A stretch of DNA of 64,000 nt, taken from the NCBI GenBank assembly GCA_964016885.1, contig OZ024743.1, positions 361,956,001 through 362,020,000 of the forward strand, read 5' to 3'. Position 1 is the stretch's first letter, and the number at the start of each line of letters is the position of its first letter. The stretch is from Eledone cirrhosa (Eukaryota). Below are positions 27,801 through 42,960 of the stretch, one piece after another. The translations under genes and the position numbers were made by a program. Below the pieces are notes generated by a model. That model saw only the letters and a program-made list of their open reading frames with translations. It was not told where the DNA came from and did no database searches.

Positions 27801-30800
27801 CATTTGTTATACCTAGTACAGCTGACAGTGGAAACAATTGTTATAACTAGTACAGCTGACAGTGGAAACAATTGTTATAACTAGTACAGCACACAGTGGA
27901 AACAATTATTATAACTAGTACAGCACACAGTGGAAACAATTGTTATAACTAGTACAGCACACAGTGCAAACAATTGTTATAACTAGTACAGCTGACAGTG
28001 GAAACAATTGTTTTAACTAGTACAGCACACAGTGGAAACAATTGTTATAACTAGTACAGCACACAGTGCAAACAATTGTTATAACTAGTACAGCACACCG
28101 TGGAAACAATTGTTATAACAAGTACAGCACACAGTGCAAACAATTGTTATAACTAGTACAGCTCACAGTGGAAACAATTTTTATAACTAGTACAGTACAC
28201 AGTGGAAATAATTGTTATAACTAGTACAGCACACAGTGCAAACAATTGTTATAACTAGTACAGCTTACAGTGGAAACAATTGTTATAAATAGTACAGCTC
28301 ACAGTGCAAACAATTGTTATAACTAGTACAGCACACAGTGGAAACAATTGTTATAAATAGTACAGCTGACAGTGGAAACAATTGTTATAACTAGTACAGC
28401 ACACAGTGCAAACAATTTTTATAACTAGTACAGCACACAGTGCAAACAATTGTTATAACTGGCACAGCACACAGTGGAAACAATTGTTATAACTAGTACA
28501 GCTGACAGTGGAAACAATTGTTATAACTAGTACAGCACACAGTGCAAACAATTTTTATAACTAGTACAGCTCACAGTGGAAACAATTGTTATAACTAGTA
28601 CAGCACACAGTGCAAACAATTGTTATAACTAGTACAGTACACAGTGGAAATAATTGTCATAACTAGTACAGCACACAGTGCAAACAATTGTTATAACTAG
28701 TACAGCTCACATTGCAAATAATTGTTATAACTAGTACAGCTCACAGTGGAAACAATTGTTATGACTAGTACAGCTCACAGTGGAAACAATTGTTATAACT
28801 AGTACAGCACACCGTGGAAACAATTGTTATAACTAGTACAGCACACAGTGCAAACAATTGTTATAACTAGTACAGTACACAGTGGAAATAATTGTTATAA
28901 CTAGTACAGCACACAGTGCAAACAATTGTTATAACTAGTACAGCTCACAGTGCAAACAATTGTTATAACTAGTACAGCTCACAGTAGAAACAATTGTTAT
29001 AACTAGTACAGCTGACGGTGGAAACAATTGTTATAACTAGTACAGCTGACAGTGGAAACAATTGTTATAACTAGTACAGCTCACAGTGGAAACAATTGTT
29101 ATAACTAGTTCAGCTGACAGTGGAAACAATTGTTATAACTAGTACAGCACACAGTGGAAACAATTGTTATAACTAGTACGGCTCACAGTGCAAACAATTG
29201 TTATAACTAGTACAGCACACAGTGGAAACAATTGTTATAACTAGTACAGATCACAGTGCAAAAATTGTTATAACTAGTACAGAACACAGTGGAAACAATT
29301 GTTATAACTAGTACAGCACACAGTGGAAATAATTGTTATAACTACTACAGCACACAGGGGAAACAATTGTTATAACTAGTACAGCACACAGTGGAAACAA
29401 TTGTTATAACTAGTACAGCACACAGTGGAAACAATTGTTATAACTAGTACAGCTCACAGTGCAAACAATTGTTATAACTAGTACAGCACACAGTGGAAAC
29501 AATTGTTATAACAAGTACAACACACAGTGGAAACAATTGTTATAACTAGTACAGCTGACAGTGGAAACAATTGTTATAACTAGTACAGCTCACAGTGGAA
29601 ACAATTGTTATAACTAGTACAGCTGACAGTGGAAACAATTGTTATAACTAGTACAGCACACAGTGGAAACAATTGTTATAACTAGTACAGCTGACAGTGG
29701 AAACAATTGTTATAACTAGTACAGCACACAGTGGAAACAATTGTTATATCTAGTACAGCACACAGTGAAAACAATTGTTATAAATAGTACAGCTCACAGT
29801 GGAAACAATTGTTATAACTAGTACCGCACACAGTGGAAAAAATTGTTATAACTAGTACAGCACACAGTGGAAACAATTGTTATGACTAGTACAGCTCACA
29901 GTGCAAACAATTGTTATAACTAGTACAGCACACAGTGGAAACAATTGTTATAACTAGTACAGCACACAATGGAAACAATTGTTATAACTAGTACAGCACA
30001 CAGTGGAAACAATTGTTATAACTAGTACAGCTCACAGTGCAAACAATTGTTATAACTAGTACAGCACACAGTGGAAACAATTGTTATAACTAGTACAGCT
30101 GACAGTGGAAACAATTGTTATAACTAGTACAGCTGACAGTGGAAACAATTGTTATAACTAGTACAGCTGACAGTGGAAACAATTGTTATAACTGGTACAG
30201 CTGACAGTGGAAACAATTGTTATAACTAGTACAGCACACAGTGGAAACAATTGTTATAACTAGTACAGCTGACAGTGGAAACAATTGTTTTAAATAGTAC
30301 AGCACACAGTGGAAACAATTGTTATAACTAGTACAGCACACAATGCAAACAATTGTTATAACTAGTACAGCTCACAGTGCAAACAATTGTTATAACTAGT
30401 ACAGGTGACAGTGGAAACAATTGTTATAACTAGTACAGCTCACAGTGGAAACAATTGTTATAAATAGTACAGCACACAGTGGAAACAATTGTTATAACTA
30501 GTACAGCACACAATGCAAACAATTGTTACAACTAGTACAGCTCACAGTGCAAACAATTGTTATAACTAGTACAGCTGACAGTGGAAACAATTGTTATAAC
30601 TAGTACAGTTCACAGTGGAAACAATTGTTATGACTAGTACAGCTCACAGTGGAAACAATTGTTATAAATAGTACAGCTGACAGTGGAAACAATTGTTATA
30701 ACTAGTACAGCTCACAGTGGAAACAATTGTTATAACTAGTACAGCACACAGTGGAAACAATTGTTATAACTAGTACAGCACACAGTGCAAACAATTGTTA

Positions 30801-33800
30801 TAACTGGTACAGCTCACAGTGGAAACAATTGTTATGACTAGTACAGCTCACAGTGGAAACAATTTTTATAAATAGTACAGTACACAGTGGAAATAATTGT
30901 TATAACTAGTACAGCACACAGTGCAAACAATTGTTATAACTAGTACAGCTCACAGTGGAAACAATTGTTATGACTAGTACAGCTCACAGTGGAAACAATT
31001 GTTATAACTAGTACAGCACACCGTGGAAACAATTGTTATAACTAGTACAGCACACAGTGCAAACAATTGTTATAACTAGTACAGTACACAGTGGAAATAA
31101 TTGTTATAACTAGTACAGCACACAGTGCAAACAATTGTTATAACTAGTACAGCTCACAGTGCAAACAATTGTTATAACTAGTACAGCTCACAGTAGAAAC
31201 AATTGTTATAACTAGTACAGCTGACGGTGGAAAAAATTGTTATAACTAGTACAGCTGACAGTGGAAACAATTGTTATAACTAGTACAGCTCACAGTGGAA
31301 ACAATTGTTATAACTAGTTCAGCTGACAGTGGAAACAATTGTTATAACTAGTACAGCTCACAGTGCAAACAATTGTTATAACTAGTACAGCACACAGTGG
31401 AAACAATTGTTATAACTAGTACAGATCACAGTGCAAACAATTGTTATAACTAGTACAGCACACAGTGGAAACAATTGTTATAACTAGTACAGCACACAGT
31501 GGAAATAATTGTTATAACTAGTACAGCACACAGGGGAAACAATTGTTATAACTAGTACAGCACACAGTGGAAACAATTGTTATAACTAGTACAGCACACA
31601 GTGGAAACAATTGTTATAACTAGTACAGCTCACAGAGCAAACAATTGTTATAACTAGTACAGCACACAGTGGAAACAATTGTTATAACAAGTACAACACA
31701 CAGTGGAAACAATTGTTATAACTAGTACAGCTGACAGTGGAAACAATTGTTATAACTAGTACAGCTCACAGTGGAAACAATTGTTATAACTAGTACAGCT
31801 GACAGTGGAAACAATTGTTATAACTAGTACAGCACACAGTGGAAACAATTGTTATAACTAGTACAGCTGACAGTGGAAACAATTGTTATAACTAGTACAG
31901 CTGACAGTGGAAACAATTGTTATAACTAGTACAGCACACAGTGGAAACAATTGTTATAACTAGTACAGCTCACAGTGGAAACAATTGTTATAACTAGTAC
32001 CGCACACAGTGGAAACAATTGTTATAACTAGTACAGCTCACAGTGGAAACAATTGTTATAACTAGTACCGCACACAGTGGAAAAAATTGTTATAACTAGT
32101 ACAGCACACAGTGGAAACAATTGTTATAACTAGTACAGCACACAGTGAAAACAATTGTTATAAATAGTACAGCTCACAGTGGAAACAATTGTTATAACTA
32201 GTACCGCACACAGTGGAAAAAATTGTTATAACTAGTACAGCTGACAGTGGAAACAATTGTTATAACTAGTACAGCTGACAGTGGAAACAATTGTTATAAC
32301 TAGTACAGCACACAGTGGAAACAATTGTTATAACTAGTACAGCTCACAGTGCAAACAATTGTTATAACTAGTACAGCACACAGTGGAAACAATTGTTATA
32401 ACTAGTACAGCACACAATGGAAACAATTGTTATAACTAGTACAGCACACAGTGGAAACAATTGTTATAACTAGTACAGCTCACAGTGCAAACAATTGTTA
32501 TAACTAGTACAGCACACAGTGGAAACAATTGTTATAACTAGTACAGCTGACAGTGGAAACAATTGTTATAACTAGTACAGCTGACAGTGGAAACAATTGT
32601 TATAACTAGTACAGCTGACAGTGGAAACAATTGTTATAACTGGTACAGCTGACAGTGGAAACAATTGTTATAACTAGTACAGCACACAGTGGAAACAATT
32701 GTTATAACTAGTACAGCTCACAGTGGAAACAATTGTTATAACTAGTACAGCTCACAGTGGAAACAATTGTTATGACTAGTACAGCTGACAGTGGAAACAA
32801 TTGTTATAACTGGTACAGCTGACAGTGGAAACAATTGTTATAACTAGTACAGCACACAGTGGAAACAATTGTTATAACTAGTACAGCTCACAGTGGAAAC
32901 AATTGTTATGACTAGTACAGCTCACAGTGGAAACAATTGTTATAACTAGTACAGCACACAGTGCCAACAATTGTTATAACTAGTACAGCTCACAGTGGAA
33001 ACAATTGTTATAACTAGTACAGTACACAGTGGAAATAATTGTTTTAACTAGTACAGCACACAGTGGAAACAATTGTTATAACTAGTACAGCTCACAGTGG
33101 AAACAATTGTTATAACTAATACAGGACACAGTGGAAATAATTGTTATAACTAGTACAGTACACAGTGGAAATAATTGTTTTAACTAGTACAGCACACAGT
33201 GGAAACAATTGTTATAAATAGTACAGCTGACAGTGGAAACAATTGTTATGACTAGTACAGCTCACAGTGGAAACAATTGTTATGACTAGTACAGCTCACA
33301 GTGCAAACAATTGTTATGACTAGTACAGCTCACAGTGCAAATAATTGTTATAACTAGTACAGCTCACAGTGGAAACAATTGTTATAACTAGTACAGCTCA
33401 CAGTGGAAACAATTGTTATGACTAGTACAGCTCACAGTGGAAACAATTGTTATGACTAGTACAGCTCACAGTGCAAATAATTGTTATAACTAGTACAGCT
33501 CACAGTGGAAACAATTGTTATAACTAGTACAGCACACCGTGGAAACAATTGTTATAACTAGTACAGCACACAGTGCAAACAATTGTTATAACTAGTACAG
33601 TACACAGTGGAAATAATTGTTATAACTAGTACAGCACACAGTGCAAACAATTGTTATAACTAGTACAGCTCACAGTGCAATCAATTGTTATAACTAGTAC
33701 AGCTTACAGTAGAAACAATTGTTATAACTAGTACAGCTGACGGTGGAAACAATTGTTATAACTAGTACAGCTGACAGTGGAAACAATTGTTATAACTAGT

Positions 33801-34859
33801 ACAGCTCACAGTGGAAACAATTGTTATAACTAGTTCAGCTGACAGTGGAAACAATTGTTATAACTAGTAAAGCTCACAGTGCAAACAATTGTTATAACTA
33901 GTACAGCAGACAGTGGAAACAATTGTTATAACTAGTAAAGCTCACAGTGCAAACAATTGTTATAACTAGTACAGCACACAGTGGAAACAATTGTTATAAC
34001 TAGTACAGATCACAGTGCAAACAATTGTTATAACTAGTACAGCACACAGTGGAAACAATTGTTATAACTAGTAAAGCTCACAGTGCAAACAATTGTTATA
34101 ACTAGTACAGCACACAGTGGAAACAATTGTTATAACTAGTACAGATCACAGTGCAAACAATTGTTATAACTAGTACAGCACACAGTGGAAACAATTGTTA
34201 TAACTAGTACAGCACACAGTGGAAATAATTGTTATAACTAGTACAGCACACAGGGGAAACAATTGTTATAACTAGTACAGCACACAGTGGAAACAATTGT
34301 TATAACTAGTACAGCACACAGTGGAAACAATTGTTATAACTAGTACAGCTCACAGTGCAAACAATTGTTATAACTAGTACAGCACACAGTGGAAACAATT
34401 GTTATAACTAGTACAGCACACAGTGGAAACAATTGTTATAACTAGTACAGATCACAGTGCAAACAATTGTTATAACTAGTACAGCACACAGTGGAAACAA
34501 TTGTTATAACTAGTACAGCACACAGTGGAAATAATTGTTATAACTAGTACAGCACACAGGGGAAACAATTGTTATAACTAGTACAGCACACAGTGGAAAC
34601 AATTGTTATAACTAGTACAGCACACAGTGGAAACAATTGTTATAACTAGTACAGCTCACAGTGCAAACAATTGTTATAACTAGTACAGCACACAGTGGAA
34701 ACAATTGTTATAACTATTACAGCTCACAGTGGAAACAATTGTTATAACTAGTACAGCTGACAGTGGAAACAATTGTTATAACTAGTACAGCACACAGTGG
34801 AAACAATTGTTATAACAAGTACAACACACAGTGGAAACAATTGTTATAACTAGTACAGC

Positions 34860-37800
34860 TGACAGTGGAAACAATTGTTATAGCTAGTACAGCTCACAGT
34901 GGAAACAATTGTTATAACTAGTACAGCACACAGTGGAAACAATTGTTATAACTAGTACAGCTCACAGTGGAAACAATTGTTATAACTAGTACCGCACACA
35001 GTGGAAACAATTGTTATAACTAGTACAGCTCACAGTGGAAACAATTGTTATAACTAGTACAGCTCACAGTGGAAACAATTGTTATAACTAGTACAGCTGA
35101 CAGTGGAAACAATTGTTATAACTAGTACCGCACACAGTGGAAACAATTGTTATAACAAGTACAACACACAGTGGAAACAATTGTTATAACTAGTACAGCT
35201 GACAGTGGAAACAATTGTTATAACTAGTACAGCTCACAGTGCAAACAATTGTTATAACTAGTACAGCACACAGTGGAAACAATTGTTATAACTAGTACAG
35301 CACACAATGGAAACAATTGTTATAACTAGTACAGCACACAGTGGAAACAATTGTTATAACTAGTACAGCTCACAGTGCAAACAATTGTTATAACTAGTAC
35401 AGCACACAGTGGAAACAATTGTTATAACTAGTACAGCACACAATGGAAACAATTGTTATAACTAGTACAGCACACAGTGGAAACAATTGTTATAACTAGT
35501 ACAGCTCACAGTGCAAACAATTGTTTTAACTAGTACAGCACACAGTGGAAACAATTGTTATAACTAGTACAGCTGACAGTGGAAACAATTGTTATAACTA
35601 GTACAGCTGACAGTGGAAACAATTGTTATAACTAGTACAGCTGACAGTGGAAACAATTGTTATAACTGGTACAGCTGACAGTGGAAACAATTGTTATAAC
35701 TAGTACAGCACACAGTGGAAACAATTGTTATAACTAGTACAGCACACAGTGCAAACAATTTTTATAACTAGTACAGCTCACAGTGGAAACAATTGTTATA
35801 ACTAGTACAGCACACAGTGCAAACAATTGTTATAACTAGCACAGCACACAGTGGAAACAATTGTTATAACTAGTACAGCACACCGTGGAAACAATTGTTA
35901 TAACTAGTACAGCACAAAGTGGAAACAATTGTTATAACTAGTACAGCTCACAGTGGAAACAATTGTTATAACTAGTACAGCACACAGTGGAAACAATTGT
36001 TATAACTGGGACAGCACACAGTGGAAACAATTGTTATAACTAGTACAGCTCACAGTGGAAACAATTGTTATAACTAGTACAGCTCACAGTGGAAACAATT
36101 GTTATAACTAGTACAGCTGACAGTGCAAACAATTGTTATAACTAGTACAGCTGACAGTGGAAACAATTGTTATGACTGGGACAGCACACAGTGGAAACAA
36201 TTGTTATAACTAGTACAGCTGACAGTGGAAACAATTGTTATGACTAGTACAGCTCACAGTGGAAACAAATTTTATAACTAATACAGTACACAGTGGAAAT
36301 AATTGTTATAACTAGTACAGCACACAGTGCAAACAATTGTTATAACTAGTACAGCTCACAGTGCAAATAATTGTTATAAATAGTACAGCTCACAGTGGAA
36401 ACAATTGTTATGACTAGTACAGCTCACAGTGGAAACAATTGTTATAACTGGGACAGCACACAGTGGAAACAATAGTTATAACTAGTACAGCACACCGTGG
36501 AAACAATTGTTATAACTAGTACAGCACACAGTGGAAACAATTGTTATAACTAGTACAGCTCACAGAGCAAACAATTGTTATAACTAGTACAGCACACAGT
36601 GGAAACAATTGTTATAACAAGTACAACACACAGTGGAAACAATTGTTATAACTAGTACAGCTGACAGTGGAAACAATTGTTATAACTAGTACAGCTCACA
36701 GTGGAAACAATTGTTATAACTAGTACAGCTGACAGTGGAAACAATTGTTATAACTAGTACAGCACACAGTGGAAACAATTGTTATAACTAGTACAGCTGA
36801 CAGTGGAAACAATTGTTATAACTAGTACAGCTGACAGTGGAAACAATTGTTATAACTAGTACAGCACACAGTGGAAACAATTGTTATAACTAGTACAGCT
36901 CACAGTGGAAACAATTGTTATAACTAGTACCGCACACAGTGGAAACAATTGTTATAACTAGTACAGCTGACAGTGGAAACAATTGTTATAACTAGTACCG
37001 CACACAGTGGAAACAATTGTTATAACTAGTACAGCACACAGTGAAAACAATTGTTATAACTAGTACCGCACACAGTGGAAACAATTGTTATAACTAGTAC
37101 AGCTCACAGTGGAAACAATTGTTATAACTAGTACCGCACACAGTGGAAAAAATTGTTATAACTAGTACAGCACACAGTGGAAACAATTGTTATAACTAGT
37201 ACAGCTCACAGTGCAAACAATTGTTATAACTAGTACAGCACACAGTGGAAACAATTGTTATAACTAGTACAGCACACAATGGAAACAATTGTTATAACTA
37301 GTACAGCACACAGTGGAAACAATTGTTATAACTAGTACAGCTCACAGTGCAAACAATTGTTATAACTAGTACAGCACACAGTGGAAACAATTGTTATAAC
37401 TAGTACAGCTGACAGTGGAAACAATTGTTATAACTAGTACAGCTGACAGTGGAAACAATTGTTATAACTAGTACAGCTGACAGTGGAAACAATTGTTATA
37501 ACTGGTACAGCTGACAGTGGAAACAATTGTTATAACTAGTACAGCACACAGTGGAAACAATTGTTATAACTAGTACAGCTCACAGTGGAAACAATTGTTT
37601 TAACTAGTACAGCTGACAGTGGAAACAATTGTTATAACTGGTACAGCTGACAGTGGAAACAATTGTTATAACTAGTACAGCTCACAGTGGAAACAATTGT
37701 TATAACTAGTACAGCTCACAGTGGAAACAATTGTTATAAATAGTACAGCTGACAGTGGAAACAATTGTTATAACTAGTACAGCTCACAGTGGAAACAATT

Positions 37801-40800
37801 GTTATAACTAGTACAGCTCACAGTGGAAACAATTGTTATAACTAGTACAGCACACAGTGGAAACAATTGTTATATCTAGTACAGCACACAGTGAAAACAA
37901 TTGTTATAAATAGTACAGCTCACAGTGGAAACAATTGTTATAACTAGTACCGCACACAGTGGAAAAAATTGTTATAACTAGTACAGCTGACAGTGGAAAC
38001 AATTGTTTTAACTAGTACAGCTGACAGTGGAAACAATTGTTATAACTGGTACAGCTGACAGTGGAAACAATTGTTATAACTAGTACAGCTCACAGTGGAA
38101 ACAATTGTTATAACTAGTACAGCACACAGTGGAAACAATTGTTTTAACTAGTACAGCTGACAGTGGAAACAATTGTTTTAACTAGTACAGCTGACAGTGG
38201 AAACAATTGTTATAACTGGTACAGCTGACAGTGGAAACAATTGTTATAACTAGTACAGCTCACAGTGGAAACAATTGTTATAACTAGTACAGCTCACAGT
38301 GGAAACAATTGTTATAACTAGTACAGCTGACAGTGGAAACAATTGTTATAACTAGTACAGCTGACAGTGGAAACAATTGTTTTAACTAGTACAGCTGACA
38401 GTGGAAACAATTGTTATAACTGGTACAGCTGACAGTGGAAACAATTGTTATAACTAGTACAGCTCACAGTGGAAACAATTGTTATAACTAGTACAGCTGA
38501 CAGTGGAAACAATTGTTTTAACTAGTACAGCTGACAGTGGAAACAATTGTTATAACTGGTACAGCTGACAGTGGAAACAATTGTTATAACTAGTACAGCT
38601 CACAGTGGAAACAATTGTTTTAACTAGTACAGCTGACAGTGGAAACAATTGTTTTAACTAGTACAGCTGACAGTGGAAACAATTGTTTTAACTAGTACAG
38701 CTCACAGTGGAAACAATTGTTATAACTAGTACAGCTCACAGTGGAAACAATTGTTATAACTAGTACAGCTGACAGTGGAAACAATTGTTATAGCTAGTAC
38801 AGCTCACAGTGGAAACAATTGTTATAACTAGTACAGCACACAGTGGAAACAATTGTTATAACTAGTACAGCTCACAGTGGAAACAATTGTTATAACTAGT
38901 ACCGCACACAGTGGAAACAATTGTTATAACTAGTACAGCTCACAGTGGAAACAATTGTTATAACTAGTACAGCTCACAGTGGAAACAATTGTTATAACTA
39001 GTACAGCTGACAGTGGAAACAATTGTTATAACTAGTACCGCACACAGTGGAAACAATTGTTATAACAAGTACAACACACAGTGGAAACAATTGTTATAAC
39101 TAGTACAGCTGACAGTGGAAACAATTGTTATAACTAGTACAGCTCACAGTGCAAACAATTGTTATAACTAGTACAGCACACAGTGGAAACAATTGTTATA
39201 ACTAGTACAGCACACAATGGAAACAATTGTTATAACTAGTACAGCACACAGTGGAAACAATTGTTATAACTAGTACAGCTCACAGTGCAAACAATTGTTA
39301 TAACTAGTACAGCACACAGTGGAAACAATTGTTATAACTAGTACAGCACACAATGGAAACAATTGTTATAACTAGTACAGCACACAGTGGAAACAATTGT
39401 TATAACTAGTACAGCTCACAGTGCAAACAATTGTTATAACTAGTACAGCACACAGTGGAAACAATTGTTATAACTAGTACAGCTGACAGTGGAAACAATT
39501 GTTATAACTAGTACAGCTGACAGTGGAAACAATTGTTATAACTAGTACAGCTGACAGTGGAAACAATTGTTATAACTGGTACAGCTGACAGTGGAAACAA
39601 TTGTTATAACTAGTACAGCACACAGTGGAAACAATTGTTATAACTAGTACAGCTCACAGTGCAAACAATTGTTATAACTAGTACAGCACACAGTGGAAAC
39701 AATTGTTATAACTAGTACAGCTGACAGTGGAAACAATTGTTATAACTAGTACAGCTCACAGTGGAAACAATTGTTATAACTAGTACAGCTCACAGTGGAA
39801 ACAATTGTTATAACTAGTACAGCTGACAGTGGAAACAATTGTTATAACTAGTACAGCACACAGTGCAAACAATTTTTATAACTAGTACAGCACACAGTGC
39901 AAACAATTGTTATGACTAGTACAGCTCACAGTGGAAACAATTGTTATAACTAGTACAGCTCACAGTGGAAACAATTGTTATGACTAGTACAGCTCACAGT
40001 GGAAACAATTGTTATAACTAGTACAGCACACCGTGGAAACAATTGTTATAACTAGTACAGCACAAAGTGGAAACAATTGTTATAAATAGTACAGCTGACA
40101 GTGGAAACAATTGTTATAACTAGTACAGCACACAGTGCAAATAATTTTTATAACTAGTACAGCTCACAGTGGAAACAATTGTTATAACTAGTACAGCACA
40201 CAGTGCAAACAATTGTTATAACTAGCACAGCACACAGTGGAAACAATTGTTATAACTAGTACAGCACACCGTGGAAACAATTGTTATAACTAGTACAGCA
40301 CAAAGTGGAAACAATTGTTATAACTAGTACAGCTCACAGTGGAAACAATTGTTATAACTAGTACAGCACACAGTGGAAACAATTGTTATAACTGGGACAG
40401 CACACAGTGGAAACAATTGTTATAACTAGTACAGCTCACAGTGGAAACAATTGTTATAACTAGTACAGCTCACAGTGGAAACAATTGTTATAACTAGTAC
40501 AGCTGACAGTGCAAACAATTGTTATAACTAGTACAGCTGACAGTGGAAACAATTGTTATGACTGGGACAGCACACAGTGGAAACAATTGTTATAACTAGT
40601 ACAGCTGACAGTGGAAACAATTGTTATGACTAGTACAGCTCACAGTGGAAACAATTTTTATAACTAGTACAGTACACAGTGGAAATAATTGTTATAACTA
40701 GTACAGCACACAGTGCAAACAATTGTTATAACTAGTACAGCTCACAGTGCAAATAATTGTTATAAATAGTACAGCTCACAGTGGAAACAATTGTTATGAC

Positions 40801-42960
40801 TAGTACAGCTCACAGTGGAAACAATTGTTATAACTGGGACAGCACACAGTGGAAACAATAGTTATAACTAGTACAGCACACCGTGGAAACAATTGTTATA
40901 ACTAGTACAGCACACAGTGGAAACAATTGTTATAACTAGTACAGCTCACAGAGCAAACAATTGTTATAACTAGTACAGCACACAGTGGAAACAATTGTTA
41001 TAACAAGTACAACACACAGTGGAAACAATTGTTATAACTAGTACAGCTGACAGTGGAAACAATTGTTATAACTAGTACAGCTCACAGTGGAAACAATTGT
41101 TATAACTAGTACAGCTGACAGTGGAAACAATTGTTATAACTAGTACAGCACACAGTGGAAACAATTGTTATAACTAGTACAGCTGACAGTGGAAACAATT
41201 GTTATAACTAGTACAGCTGACAGTGGAAACAATTGTTATAACTAGTACAGCACACAGTGGAAACAATTGTTATAACTAGTACAGCTCACAGTGGAAACAA
41301 TTGTTATAACTAGTACCGCACACAGTGGAAACAATTGTTATAACTAGTACAGCTGACAGTGGAAACAATTGTTATAACTAGTACCGCACACAGTGGAAAC
41401 AATTGTTATAACTAGTACAGCACACAGTGAAAACAATTGTTATAACTAGTACCGCACACAGTGGAAACAATTGTTATAACTAGTACAGCTCACAGTGGAA
41501 ACAATTGTTATAACTAGTACCGCACACAGTGGAAAAAATTGTTATAACTAGTACAGCACACAGTGGAAACAATTGTTATAACTAGTACAGCTCACAGTGC
41601 AAACAATTGTTATAACTAGTACAGCACACAGTGGAAACAATTGTTATAACTAGTACAGCACACAATGGAAACAATTGTTATAACTAGTACAGCACACAGT
41701 GGAAACAATTGTTATAACTAGTACAGCTCACAGTGCAAACAATTGTTATAACTAGTACAGCACACAGTGGAAACAATTGTTATAACTAGTACAGCTGACA
41801 GTGGAAACAATTGTTATAACTAGTACAGCTGACAGTGGAAACAATTGTTATAACTAGTACAGCTGACAGTGGAAACAATTGTTATAACTGGTACAGCTGA
41901 CAGTGGAAACAATTGTTATAACTAGTACAGCACACAGTGGAAACAATTGTTATAACTAGTACAGCTCACAGTGGAAACAATTGTTTTAACTAGTACAGCT
42001 GACAGTGGAAACAATTGTTATAACTGGTACAGCTGACAGTGGAAACAATTGTTATAACTAGTACAGCTCACAGTGGAAACAATTGTTATAACTAGTACAG
42101 CTCACAGTGGAAACAATTGTTATAAATAGTACAGCTGACAGTGGAAACAATTGTTATAACTAGTACAGCTCACAGTGGAAACAATTGTTATAACTAGTAC
42201 AGCACACAGTGGAAACAATTGTTATATCTAGTACAGCACACAGTGAAAACAATTGTTATAAATAGTATAGCTCACAGTGGAAACAATTGTTATAACTAGT
42301 ACCGCACACAGTGGAAAAAATTGTTATAACTAGTACAGCTGACAGTGGAAACAATTGTTTTAACTAGTACAGCTGACAGTGGAAACAATTGTTATAACTG
42401 GTACAGCTGACAGTGGAAACAATTGTTATAACTAGTACAGCTCACAGTGGAAACAATTGTTATAACTAGTACAGCACACAGTGGAAACAATTGTTTTAAC
42501 TAGTACAGCTGACAGTGGAAACAATTGTTTTAACTAGTACAGCTGACAGTGGAAACAATTGTTATAACTGGTACAGCTGACAGTGGAAACAATTGTTATA
42601 ACTAGTACAGCTCACAGTGGAAACAATTGTTATAACTAGTACAGCTCACAGTGGAAACAATTGTTATAACTAGTACAGCTGACAGTGGAAACAATTGTTA
42701 TAACTAGTACAGCTGACAGTGGAAACAATTGTTTTAACTAGTACAGCTGACAGTGGAAACAATTGTTATAACTGGTACAGCTGACAGTGGAAACAATTGT
42801 TATAACTAGTACAGCTCACAGTGGAAACAATTGTTATAACTAGTACAGCTGACAGTGGAAACAATTGTTTTAACTAGTACAGCTGACAGTGGAAACAATT
42901 GTTATAACTGGTACAGCTGACAGTGGAAACAATTGTTATAACTAGTACAGCTCACAGTGG
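34860..42960. repeat. Tandem duplication of about 3.9-4.4 kb with whole-monomer indels between the copies
   Basis: Offset 3910 (115x34) at TAGCT 34881/38791 and TATAACAAGT 35151/39061. Offset 4386 (129x34) at ACTGGG 36005/40391 and CACAGAGC 36561/40947. Offset 4352 (128x34) at TATATCT 37871/42223. Confidence 0.88.
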
